Source: a bacterium (lineage in GTDB: Bacteria; UBA8248). Taken from it: a stretch of 64,000 nucleotides of DNA. Location of the stretch: the NCBI GenBank assembly GCA_965213685.1, contig CBDBZY010000064.1, forward strand, positions 864,001 through 928,000. The letters run 5' to 3'. The position numbers were made by a program, and so were the translations under genes. The notes beneath the pieces were generated by a model. The model worked only from the letters and a program-made list of their open reading frames with translations, was not told where the DNA came from and did not search any database. Positions 31,872 through 47,626 of the stretch are shown piece by piece. Within the stretch, counting starts at the first letter, position 1. Each line of letters begins with the position of its first letter.

Positions 31872-33335
31872 TCACTGTGGACCTTTGTCCATATATTCTT
31901 GGAATTCCTTCATCACCATGGCTTCCATCTCATGAAAGGTGTAGTCACTGGTTGGAAGGAACTCATTAATCACCTGAGTGTTTGCCACGTAATCAAAGTA
32001 GGGCCAATGTGTGAAGTCATTAGTGCCATACTGGTAACACTGGACAGTGGCACAGTAGTCAGCAGTGCTGTTCCACAGCTGGTGGGTTTGGAACCAGTTT
32101 GGGGAGATCCACGTAACATCACCAGCCCAGACATCGAAAGTTTTCAACGACGGATAATCGGGCTTGTCTGCATGCTTGTTGAAAATCTTGAGAGTCAGGC
32201 CACCGTGTAGCACCTTAATCACTGCGTATGCATTGCCGTGGTTGTGGATGGGACTGCCGTGGTTAGTGGGCCATATCTCCAGGACATATGGTATGCCTGG
32301 TGAGCTCCCACGGTTGGTACCCAGTGTTACACGCAGGTAGGTTTGACTGAAATCTCCAAATTCATCTGTCTTGGACTTCAATTTCTGGTAGAGCTTTCCA
32401 CTGGGGCCTTTAAGGCTGTAGCGAATCGCGTCAGAAAGGCAGTATTTGGTGGGTGTAGGGGACCAGTCCAGGTCAACATTTGGAGCAGTGACATTTGAAT
32501 AGAGCTCCAAGCAGGCTGGAGGCAGGCTAGCCGAAAAGGTGAAGTTATTGTCATCCAACTCAAACAGATTAACTCTTGAGCTGTCTAGCACAAATGGAGA
32601 CCAGTTGCACACAAATGGATCCTTGCTAAAGCTAACCTGGTGCTCAATGTCGATGACGGATGTAGCCAGGGTCTCAGATTCTGTGTCCAATGCGTTGCCA
32701 GAACATGTAGGAAACATGGCACTCAGAGTGCACCCACGAAAGCCATCTTTGAGAAAGTGAGCTGCATACCGCTCGACCAACTCTTTCATCGGCTCAATAT
32801 CGTACTGCTCAATGAGTCGGCGTACGGTCGGGCTGAAAAGGTATTGAAGCTTCTCTCGTACTTTCTCGTCCTCCACTTCATTTCCGGTAAGAAATCGGTA
32901 CGTCATGAGCGTTGTCTCCTCCATGCAGTAACCTTTGCCGTACTTCAACGTCAGCAGATCACGATCGTAGCTGAACCAATACGAAATTTTTCGGTTTTGT
33001 TCGTAGCCGACATGCTCATTGTTAACGGTTCCTCGTACTTCCTTCAGTTGCTCTGCTTTCCCGTTAATGTGGATCTTAAAACTCGCTGAATGTTTACACA
33101 CTTCCAGCGCTATCCACTGGTCGGCTCCCGCTTGATGAGGTTTCAATTTCGGTCGGATGACGATGGAGAATGCAGTGCTGCGCTGGATGGAAAAGATGAG
33201 CGTGCCCTCTCCGATGACTGGGAAGTCTTTGGTCCAGTTTGGCTTCGTGCCATCCCGAATGAGACGCGCCGTATCAATACCCATCCCACCACAACCAGAG
33301 CTCTCCGATGGCACCTTTTCCGTCTCGGCTGACAT
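31872..33335 (-). CDS. Intronless 487-aa protein with a C-terminal cysteine-dioxygenase-like (thiol dioxygenase) cupin
   Basis: Uninterrupted ORF. YLRVTL...YVLEIWPTNHGSPIHNHGNAYAVIKVLHG...THQLWN...CATVQCY aligns by eye to CDO motifs (YTRN, W..GHGSSIHDH, HRVEN, SLHLY). AATAAA on the minus strand at 31800-31805. Confidence 0.8.
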   Translation of the reverse strand: MSAETEKVPSESSGCGGMGIDTARLIRDGTKPNWTKDFPVIGEGTLIFSIQRSTAFSIVIRPKLKPHQAGADQWIALEVCKHSASFKIHINGKAEQLKEVRGTVNNEHVGYEQNRKISYWFSYDRDLLTLKYGKGYCMEETTLMTYRFLTGNEVEDEKVREKLQYLFSPTVRRLIEQYDIEPMKELVERYAAHFLKDGFRGCTLSAMFPTCSGNALDTESETLATSVIDIEHQVSFSKDPFVCNWSPFVLDSSRVNLFELDDNNFTFSASLPPACLELYSNVTAPNVDLDWSPTPTKYCLSDAIRYSLKGPSGKLYQKLKSKTDEFGDFSQTYLRVTLGTNRGSSPGIPYVLEIWPTNHGSPIHNHGNAYAVIKVLHGGLTLKIFNKHADKPDYPSLKTFDVWAGDVTWISPNWFQTHQLWNSTADYCATVQCYQYGTNDFTHWPYFDYVANTQVINEFLPTSDYTFHEMEAMVMKEFQEYMDKGPQ

Positions 33336-33418
33336 TACTTTGGCGCGAGCAAGTTTCTTTTGGAAAACGTTCTGAATACAGTGACCCAGCTGAATTGCAC
33401 AGCTTTGATTCCTGCTTC

Positions 33419-36400
33419 CCCTTTATACCCGGAATAGCGCGCTTGCGCGAGTTCACGTGTAACGGAATTAATTGCGTATTTAACGCGGCACGTGTTCTAC
33501 TAATCTTTCGACTGCTCTGCCCGTCAATGGACAGGCCCAGACTGGATTAGAAGCTCCTAGAATGATATTCCAGAGGAAAAGCGCCGTTTTGATTGCTACT
33601 ACACGAAGCAGAGACGAGGATACGTGCCAAAGTAAGGTAAGTGAACGCAGCTGGCGTCTTGAATGAGAGAGAAGTGGAATAAACGAGGAAGTAAAGAGCA
33701 AATGGGTTGAAAGGAGGGAGGGAGAAAGAGATAGAGGAATGGAGGGAGGAGAGAGAGTAAGGGAGTGAGGGGGTAGAGTGGGAAGAGGGAGGCAGGTAGG
33801 CAGGGGAGGGAGTAGGTGAGCAAAACGGGGAAGGAAGTGGGAGGACAGGGGGAATGAGATTATAATGCCTAATTTTGTGTAAATGCAAGAGAAACCTGTA
33901 GTACCAAGTTGCATCCCTCCATCTATGGACTGTTCATGAAGAGTAAATGTAGATTACACACAGACAACAGTGGAGTGCTAAGGACATAGATACACAACAT
34001 GGGTGAATGGAGATGAGCACATTTACATATGACAAGTAGGGATGATGAACGAGCTTAGGTAGGGGATGGCACTCACGTACATGGCTTGGTATGCATGTAG
34101 TATCTGCATGAGTGACTCTGTACATGTATGGAGGGTAAGTGCAATGCTCATAGTAGAAGAGCATGTAAGTGAGTACACAAAAAGTGAGATGACAAACTAG
34201 ACGTTGTGTTCATCTCTGATGACATGGTGGAGGTGGTACTGCAAGAAGCAGTCATCGTCTTTGCCATTATGGCAGAGAAAGTGGTCACAATCTTTACAAT
34301 ACCATACTGTCTGGTGCCTCTGCTTTTTGTAATTGTAACAGTAGTAGCAGCGGCGACCTTTGTCTGCTCCTCGCATAGGAAAGTGTGCAGTACAAAACCG
34401 TTTGACTGGTTGAGAGACGGATGGACGGCCAGGACGCTTACGGCTGCAGTATTCTCCAATGAGCTCTCTTGCCAGGTCAGTACGAAAGGTAATCACACTT
34501 TTCATATTTGTGTTGATGTATTGCTTGTAAAGAATAAAACTATTGGTAACTGCTACATCAAATAGAAACCAAAAGATGTATTTGTAGTACTTTCTACACT
34601 TAAGTCTCACATGGTAGTATCCCCTTAGCTGGTCATTTCGATCAACGCCACCCATGTGTTGATTGTACAAGGCAATTGATTTGGGACATTTGACTTTGCT
34701 ACGTGTACCATCTTTATTCTTTCGTAACACATAACATGTACTGGTAGGGTCTGCATTAGTAGCTGCTGCACATACAGTCCTATTATCTTGCCATACTGTC
34801 ACTGTGAGATTTTTACGTTGGTATGTCTGGCTTTCTCCCCGCTCTTTGAACCCTTTCTTTGCCACAGATTTTAGCTTTTCTGGGAAACCTCTACGGTCAG
34901 CTCTCATTGTGCCGCATGCGTACAGGCCAGACTTCAAAAGGTCCAGAAGTAATCCTATACTAGTGAAATAATTATCAAAATATATGTGTCTGTATGTGTT
35001 TGTGTAAGCACGAGTTAGTGTTTTTACTACGGTTGCTCCCAAGTTTTTTTGAGTGGTGTTAGACTTTTTGCCAGTGTATACCTCAAAATCTGACAAATAG
35101 CCATTTAGGGAGTCAGATATTGCCCATACCTTTATTCCTCTCTTTATGGGCTTTTTAGGCATATACTGCTTTAGAGACGATCGACCTTTGAATCTAATCA
35201 TTGCTTCATCGACACTCATAGTCATGTGAGGGCAGTAAACCAATTGAAATGTCGTTAGCAACCTTGCAATTATTGGTCTTATTTTTCCCAACTTGTCATA
35301 CTCAGGGTTACCAGGAGGAGAAAGAGTGCTATTTTCCACAAAGTGTAAATAGCGGTGAAGCTCAAAGAATCTGTCTCGGGATATCCTTTTTGCAACAGGT
35401 GAGTAGTAGAAAAATTCGTCTGTTTTCCAGTAATGATATATTGATGGTAGATGACATATTCCCATCAATATCATGAATCCCATGTAGGCTTGAAGCTCTT
35501 CTATTGTTACCTTTTCCCATCTGTGAAACCTCTCTCCTCCCATACACTCTAAGGCATATTGGTTGGTCTGCAGCACAATGTACTGCAGTAGTGTTGATGT
35601 AAAAAATAGGCTGAAAATACCAAATGGGGAGGAAGGAAGTGGTGCTTTGGGTCCTGGCGTTTCAGTGAAGGGCTGTGTTGTCACAGCCTTTAGTGATGAT
35701 GACCACTTGATGCACTCAATACTGTATGAAAGAGGAGTGAATAAGGCATATACATGTTACACCCAAACCTTGGCGAGAATGTGCTTTACCTTTCCGTTTC
35801 CTCAGGATCACTATCAGAGAGGTTGTCAAGAAGGGTTTCACTGTCATCAAGGGGAATCTCACTGGGGGGAGGGTCTTCGAGAGGGATGTCACTACAGGGA
35901 GTACATGCGCATGTATTTGTTTTTCACTGTTCGTATGTTATCTTTGAAGGCATGTATAGGTACATGTATCCTTGTAGAAATGTAACACTTCAGTACCGTA
36001 TGTAAAAGGTGTGAAAAAGCATACACATGTTGCAGCTAACTTGCTGTCATAGGGTATATTATTTTACCTTTCCATGTCTTCAGGAGGAACATCACTGTCT
36101 GAAGTGTTGAGAGGGCTGTAAGGAGGATCATCAGGAGGAATGTCACTAGTGGGAGGATCTTCAAGGGGGATATCACTATGGGAAGTACATGTGCATGTAA
36201 TTGTTTACAACACTTTCATAATTATGCAACCTTTCAAAGGTAAATTTAGCAAAATGAGTACACTGTGTATGTACCTCACCTGTCATCTCTACTGCCATCA
36301 TCGTCAAAGCTGAAATGTGTAGAGGAGTAAGTATTCAACTATAGCACTGTGGCTGTAGTATTCTGACTTTTGCTTACCTGTTCATGCCAATCTCTTCCTC

Positions 36401-36840
36401 CGGCAGCCCAAATTCCTCATCACTTCCTGGAAAGAAGACATCCTCCAGTTCCCCGTCCTCTCCTTCTTCATCCAAGAGAAGAAGGACCTCGGCTCCAGTA
36501 AAAGAAGCTCTCATACAGTTCCCCTCCACTCTAAGCCCAGAGTATTATGTACTGTCATAGTACTTGTTATCATTATTAATAGCTTGCGTTTACCTCTATC
36601 CACAGCAAATGAATGTTCTTGTTGAGCGGGTTGTACAGTTGGTTGGGGTGCAGTTCAAAACTACAAGACTCCACTGAATGCACAAGTAGTATTGGAATGT
36701 TTACTACGCACTCCGCAGCTGGAATGAACCGTTACTGAAGCAGCGCTCGCGCGTAGTTGGCTATGACGTCTATACCCGTCACTCGTCATTAACGACATAC
36801 GCGCTAATGACTGCTTTAGCCGTCATCCGGGTATAAAGGG
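33419..36840 (-). mobile_element. piggyBac DNA transposon, apparently full length
   Basis: 15-bp TIR ccctttatacccgga (33419-33433) and tccgggtataaaggg (36826-36840) enclose a transposase gene. A canonical TTAA TSD is not evident (flanks cttc and taag). Confidence 0.88.
34197..36514 (-). CDS. piggyBac transposase (PGBD4-like), 5 exons, about 633 aa, intact frame
   Basis: Exons 36514-36378, 36309-36280, 36175-36068, 35891-35790 and 35721-34197, all phase-2 GT-AG introns, total 1902 nt. DDD triad in SVDEAMI, YFDNYFTS and GGVDRNDQ; C-terminal Cys-rich domain CYYC...WYCKDCDHFLC...CF..YH. Confidence 0.88.
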
Positions 36841-36844
36841 TAAG

Positions 36845-36960
36845 GGAAATCACAATGGCCCTGACATCATGTCGCGTGGAACATGGCGGAAAAAGGTTGG
36901 CCGTGAGCGGAAGTTTAACGGCCACGCCTACTGGTGGGCGCATGCGTAGATGTCACTGCT
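36845..36960. promoter_or_regulatory. CpG-rich promoter-like patch immediately outside the piggyBac right TIR
   Basis: Clustered catggcgg (YY1-like, about 36882), gcggaagt (ETS-like, 36907) and gcgcatgcg (NRF1-like, about 36938). Motif matching only. Confidence 0.35.
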
Positions 36961-36984
36961 GTAAGACACTGCTGGCATCACTGA

Positions 36985-37490
36985 TAATCTACTTGACTGA
37001 AGAGTTCAGTATGTTTCTATTGGTCAATCTAATTCTAATAACTTACCTGTCATTTCTGGTGTTCCACAAGGAAGTATTTTGGGTCCACTTTTGTTCCCTA
37101 TTTTCAATGATCTTCCTACAACATTATCAGTGTCCTCAAACGTCTTGCTCTTTGCAGATGATGCCAAGTGTTTGATGCCTGTTCTTTGCAAGATTGCACA
37201 CTTCTTCAGAATGATCTGACAAGACTCTTTGGGTGGTGTCTGTCTTGGAACCTTTTTCTAAACGAAATAAATGTTCTGTTGTTCATTACAAAACTGGTCT
37301 TTCTCCTACATTTTTGAATAACAAACTGATTGTCTCTAAATATGTGGAAAAGGATCTCGGTCTGAATGTATCTGCTGGTCTCAAATGGAGACCTCATTAT
37401 CAACTTATCACTTCTAAGACTTACAAAATGTTTGTTTGTTGTGCAGAGTTTTCTCTTGACATGTGTCTGTTTCTGCTAAGCGCTCTTTAA
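36985..37490 (+). mobile_element. Degenerate CR1/L2-like RT fragment
   Basis: ISGVPQGSILGPLLF, LLFADDAKC and EKDLG motifs with frameshifts. Confidence 0.75.
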
Positions 37491-38860
37491 GCACCCTAGA
37501 AGAACCCTATTCACCCTCAATAATTGCATTTAGGTGGACCATAGCTGGAAATACTTGTGTCTCCTCATAACACCTTATCGTACTTGGACAGTACACTCTG
37601 CAAAAATGCTCGGATTCTTATCCTGTCCGGGATGCGATTTTTTATCTGACGTACACTTTCTGGACTTGATCTCTGGACAAACGTATACGCTAGACGAAAT
37701 GCGCATGCGCAAACTTGATTGTAGATGGGGGAAATAGATCGTTTGGCGGGATTGTCAGGTCTTTGATGGCGTTCGAAAGGCTTCTGGGACAAGACATATG
37801 CACGTCCAGCCAACTGCCATATCCAGAAGGCGTGAAGGAGTCACAAAGGGAAGTAAACTAGGTCCGAGTGGTAGGCCTCCCAAACGTCCTCTTGATGATG
37901 ATCCAAGTGCTCAGACAAAGCGAAGTTTGTGTTGTCTATTCAAGTTGTGTGTTGTATACTAGTAGACTATACTGTACGCGAATATTATATCAAACATTAC
38001 CTGTCCATTCAATTCTCTTCGAGTCTTCCACCTTGTTATGTAATTAGCAGCAAGTCAGCAGTCAGCAGCTATACAGTCCAATCGCCAACGTGCGCTTTTA
38101 ATTATAAGGCGGATGTACTTCCGGTCGCTCTCCATGTTTTGCGGTTTTGTTGATATTTTTGCGATGCGTTTTTGAACCATCATATCTCTAGAACTACCCA
38201 AGCAATCTCCTACAAACTAATATGAACGGTTCTTCAACCCTTCCACAGCCGATACGCAAACAGAGCTGAACAATAGCCATGTCCTAGACTGCCGTAGCCT
38301 TTGTCTAGCCGTACCATCCAGTTTGTCCCGGAAGTAAGGGACCTTTACGTTTACCGTCCGAACGTCGGTTCTCCCCAACGAAACCATTCCTTATTGACTA
38401 CACTAATAGCTTAATGTTAGCTCCCCTCTACCATGAAATTTGGACTTGTTCTACCGTTATTTACATGCAAACAGCACCATGCGTTTTGGTGTACGTCACA
38501 CGTAATACAAATCACTAGTCCACTTGGAGAGGCAATGTAGAAGAGTACACTGCACGTGTAAACACTTATATGTAGTACTATCACTCAACAGAGTGAGAAC
38601 CATCACAACAAGATCCAGAAATACACAGGTAAGAGTAGTTACATCCACCATTCACCAAGGCCGACCAAACCAGCTTTGCATTCTCTGCAAAGCATGCAAT
38701 CCTTCCACTCAAATTCATGGAATGATGCAACTTGCTTGAAAATCTCAGTATACATGAGCCCTCTGTTGTTGTCTAACTGGAGAGATGTATTTGCAGGTTA
38801 TGCTGGGATGATATCAGTAAGACCTCTACCCAGACAGAGACAATAAAAGTCCGTGTTACA

Positions 38861-39103
38861 CACAGCAAAAGGACATTGTTCATTTAACAAAGACCTTTGT
38901 CATGTGAGTTGCAGATATATGTAAATTGTACTCTCATATACTACAAATGATATCATCACAGCTGTTGTGGGCTGTACTGTGGCCACATGACAAGGAAATG
39001 TTGTGATTGTGTACTACATGGGAATAAAGTATGGACATGGTTACACAAGTGCAACTCACATGACAAAGGTCTTTGTTAAAGGAACAATTCTGTTTTTGCA
39101 GTG
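38861..39103 (+). mobile_element. About 245-bp CAC...GTG MITE, copy 3, with a 2-bp CA TSD (CMC/EnSpm-like)
   Basis: Same family as 30815-31059; flanked by ca on both sides. Confidence 0.88.
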
Positions 39104-39825
39104 CATTCGCAGCTGTAAACTACCATGTACTATAAGTAACAAAAGGTGTAAGATTACAGGCATGCAGGCTGATATCATTAGTCCTAATGATGACAGAGAA
39201 GCACCCCTGTGTGTGGTACATTAACAGCATGTAAAAGCATGCCTGAGATAGGTATCCTGTTTTGGACATTGTATGGGAAAACAGAGAAAACTTGGACTGA
39301 TTTGTTGACTTTTCTAGATTTAGAGAAAGACTAGAGGGTGCTGACCACGGTGATTGCTATACATGGGTTCATTTCTAAACTGTGTTAAAGGATGCCTCAG
39401 TAAATAGGGAGTGAAAGCATTGCTATACATGGGTTCATTTGTAAAGGATGCCTCAGTAAATAGGGAGAGAAAGGAGAGGTGGAGTGAGTGAAATGGCCAA
39501 ATTGAAACATATGGTAAGGAGGTTGACTTGATGAACATAAGAGAGCTGTTAGGACAGCTGATTTCCAGCTCTGGTGGAACATACATGGTACTGTGGTCAT
39601 CTTGTTGAGTGGGAGAATGTAGCAACACTAGCCCATGACTTGGATCACCACGTTAGACTCAGCTTGGAGTCAGTTCACATTTGTTCTACCAACGAATTAT
39701 TGAACAATCATTGAACAGGAACAGATGTATTCTAACGCATGTGTATGATTACTTGTTTTAGTGTACATTTAAGATTCCACATCTTTGTTGTAGTTGCTCC
39801 AGTGTGTGTCTCTTGTTACATTGCA

Positions 39826-39877
39826 CTGATGATGGCATTTGTATAGATACTGAAACATTTGCTGGAAAGTAAATGTC
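39826..39877 (+). ncRNA. Degenerate type I hammerhead ribozyme motif (Penelope-like relic)
   Basis: CUGAUGA, stem II uGGCAU/AUACU, GAAA, 8-bp stem III CAUUUGCU/AGUAAAUG, then UC. Stem I pairs poorly. Confidence 0.45.
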
Positions 39878-40674
39878 ATTGGCTAGTGTAATCAGTTTAG
39901 TTTAAGCATGAATCCTCCTAGCCAGAGAGACTTTTTGGCATTGAAAGTGACACAGAGACAACATGGACCTAAAGAGAGAAGTAGACATGGAGATATACAC
40001 TAGACTTAAGAAGAGTATACTACAGAGGAAGACAGTGACACTAGTAGTGCCATGACTACGGATTTGGAACTTGGTACTTAATGTGTGATGCTGTTGGTGT
40101 ACATTATTCACTGCGGTTTACACATAAACTTGTCCATATTTCAACCATTGATATTTCGTAAACCCTACTGTAGAACAGCTTACTTTTTTTCATGTGGCAG
40201 CAACTGCCTTTGATGTACGTTAGTCTAGCTCGGCAGTCCACATAGTCTTGGAGAACCGCTATTCGGACATGGTATATACACGGTGTTGTAACCGTCGATC
40301 TGTAGGTACCTGAGTCTCCTGGAATGCAGCTCCATTCTGGTTAATGCCAGAAATGTGCAGTTTGCAAAGACCGATTCCAGAACACCCGTTCTCAGCTGCA
40401 AAAAAGGTCCGCTTCCAAAATATTACACGGTTAGCGAGAAAAGCCCACTGAAACAAGAGCCAAAAATCGGTGGATTTTCTTTGCTCGCACGTCTATGACG
40501 TAATGCGTTTTGCATACTAAATTAAACTTGTACACGCACTATGCTGACTTCCGGTCTCTGGCGATTGGACTGTATACCTCCACTGCTAGAATCTACACCA
40601 GCAGCTACACTAGATGGGCGGCGCCCGTCCAGGACCGGTGCCGCCCATCTGTCAACTTTGTCAGCTCTGTCAAC

Positions 40675-42476
40675 GGATCATGTGGAGAGAACGGACCCAG
40701 CGCGCTATCACTCCCGGAAGCCATACAAGTGCCCGCGCTGTCACGCCCGCGGTCACGCGCTATGCCACGCCCCCAAAATCCATACGCACCTGCATGAGGG
40801 GCTGTTAGATGTTGTAATCCGTATAGCTAGGCAATAAAGTTGGTGATCAAGTTGTTCTAGGTGCTTGCCCTAGCCCAAGCTTTCCCAAGGCCAGCCGCAA
40901 CAAGCTGAACAACCTTTGAGGTTACCCCAAGCCAACAATTGGGGCTCAGGTTGTTTCAAACGCCAAGAGCTCCAGAGTGGGACTCAGTGGAAGGCATTAT
41001 CTTTTGGATTAGTGGTAGCTTTGAAAAAAGCTGGTTTGTAAAGGAAGAAAAGGAAAGTAATAGAAAGGGAGCTTTGAAAAAAGCTGGTTTTAATGAAATC
41101 AAAAGTGGGCCCATTGCCCCGTAACCATCTACTGGGGGTACCACAAACTGATGTCCTGGAAGAGGCTGGTGAGAGCTGCAGATGCTGTCCGTCCATGTCT
41201 CTCCCTCCACATGAACTCGTCCAGATAGGACGACAGCATCTCCTCATGGACACCCTTCATCCGCTTGAATTTTCCCTTCACGCGGTTCCAATAGGACTCC
41301 ACATTCTGTGTGTGGACTCCTGTCACTGGGTCAACAAAGTGAAGGGAGTGGTTCACTGTGTTGTGTGTGGACACTGAAGGCAGCTGCTGCACCCTGCTGT
41401 AGGCAGCCCAGTGGTCACTGTGGACTATTGTTCCACTGCAGAGATGCCTCTGCATAACTGGCAACAGTGTTGTTGCTGTACGGTTGGGAATGATGCACAT
41501 AACACCAAGTCCTGGTGTCTGGCTTACATCGCACATCCCAAACACCCACACTTCATTTCTGGGGGCACGCCCACGATGGTACTGCAAAAGATTGGATTAA
41601 TAATTTTACTGTGGTTACAGATTTATGGACAACATACCTTGGGCTTGTGACAACAGAGACTCGTCAATTTGTACTGTCACACCTGGCCCTCCAAGCTGCA
41701 GTGGTGCATCTTGGTTCAAAAGCCTCCAGCTGCACACATCCCTGCAGTACTGGTAGGCCTGGATGGCCGTCTTCCTGTCCACTTCAGCCTCCTCAGCAGC
41801 ATCGGTTACAGGGTACTCCCTAGCCCACTAGTAAAATAAAACCAGCCACTGCTTCAGGGACAACCGAAACTTCTCAAAAAATGTCCCACTCCGGAGGCTG
41901 ACAGACTGTTTACAAGTGGAGACAGGACATCTCCACCTAAACGTAGATATTATGTATTAGTGTACGAATACCCGCATTTTGTATTGCGTGTATATGCAGT
42001 CTCACCTGTATTTTTCTGTGATGTCGCTCCTGGATTGGATCTCCATCGTGTGACTGCAGGCTGGGCAGACCTTCTGCTGAGCAATCAGGCCCCTGGTTTG
42101 GAACCAGTTGATAAGCTGGTCTGAGTCGCCTGCAAGAATACTGGCCAGTTCAATGATACTAGCAGCCATTCTGTTCAGTTGACTGTGACAAACTAGGAAT
42201 TCCCGCCGTTTCATTTTTGTATATAGCGCTTCGAGACTTTGACGTTTGCCGCTTTGTTTTCTATTGGACTGTCTTTTACCGCTAAACGATACCCCGCGAG
42301 ATTTTACCGCTATTGCTGTGTCAGATGCAGCATCTAACAGCCCCTCCTTTTCTTTATGCAGGTGCGTAAGGATTTTGGGGGCGTGGCATAGCGCGTGACC
42401 GCGGGCGTGACAGAGCGGGCACTTGTATGGCTTCCGGAAGTGATAGCGCGCTGGGTCCGTTCTCTCCACATGATCC
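40675..42476 (-). mobile_element. Merlin/IS1016 (ISXO2-like) DNA transposon with about 135-bp TIRs and an 8-bp TSD
   Basis: TIR ggatcatgtggagagaacggacccagcgcgctatcact... at 40675, inverted copy ending 42476. TSD ctgtcaac at 40667-40674 and 42477-42484. Confidence 0.92.
41129..42169 (-). pseudogene. Merlin transposase, 3 exons, inactivated
   Basis: Exons 42169-42006, 41936-41638 and 41581-41129. Zn ribbon CPAC...WRCP..C; catalytic motifs VQIDES, HSDHWAAY, VNHS..FVDP.TGVHTQNVESYW and YLDEFMWRER. In-frame TAG at 41828-41830 and a frameshift just after IDESL. Confidence 0.88.
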
Positions 42477-42724
42477 CTGTCAACTCTGTCAACCTTGTCA
42501 ACTTTGTCAAAGCAAAAGAGTGAGTAAGTGTACAAGGTATCTACAGCTACACCTCCACTATCTACAATCTACACAAAACCTATGCAATAAAACCACGTGA
42601 CCACACACACTAAATCACGTGACTATACGTGCCCCCCCAGCCTAAGTCCAGAAAGTGTACGTCAGATAAAAAATCGCGTCCGGGATCCGATCCGCCCGTA
42701 AACGTTTGTGCTCACGCGATGCAA

Positions 42725-42815
42725 TGTAAATTACGTCATAAAATTAATGCTAAATTTAGCTTGCACTCTCATTGGTCGGATCAGCATCTCAGTACTTCAC
42801 TTACATATAAAATCT
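42725..42815 (+). promoter_or_regulatory. Beta-tubulin core promoter (CRE-like, inverted CCAAT, TATA)
   Basis: ttacgtca at 42731, attgg at 42771 and tataaaa at 42806-42812, about 90 nt before the ATG at 42903. Confidence 0.5.
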
Positions 42816-42902
42816 CGCTGCGCGTATTTTGGTGCACAGTAATAAGCTCTCGCCTCGCCTAGCGGTTTCTAAGTTTCTCGGTGTTCTTCCCTCTTCTGCA
42901 GA

Positions 42903-47626
<4,724 letters not shown>

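Larger units (their letters stand above)
37634..42677. repeat. Perfect 34-bp inverted repeat pair bracketing 5 kb (37634-37667 and 42644-42677)
   Basis: gcgattttttatctgacgtacactttctggactt and aagtccagaaagtgtacgtcagataaaaaatcgc. Confidence 0.85.

Noticed and set aside
39350-39470. Two-copy tandem repeat of about 65 bp as a possible CRISPR-like array
   Set aside because: Only two units, no unique spacers, eukaryotic context; a simple local duplication.
40541-42535. Paired ORFs sharing DHVERTDPARYH..KPYKCP.CH (zinc-finger-like)
   Set aside because: The peptide is the translation of the Merlin TIR on each strand, not a gene.
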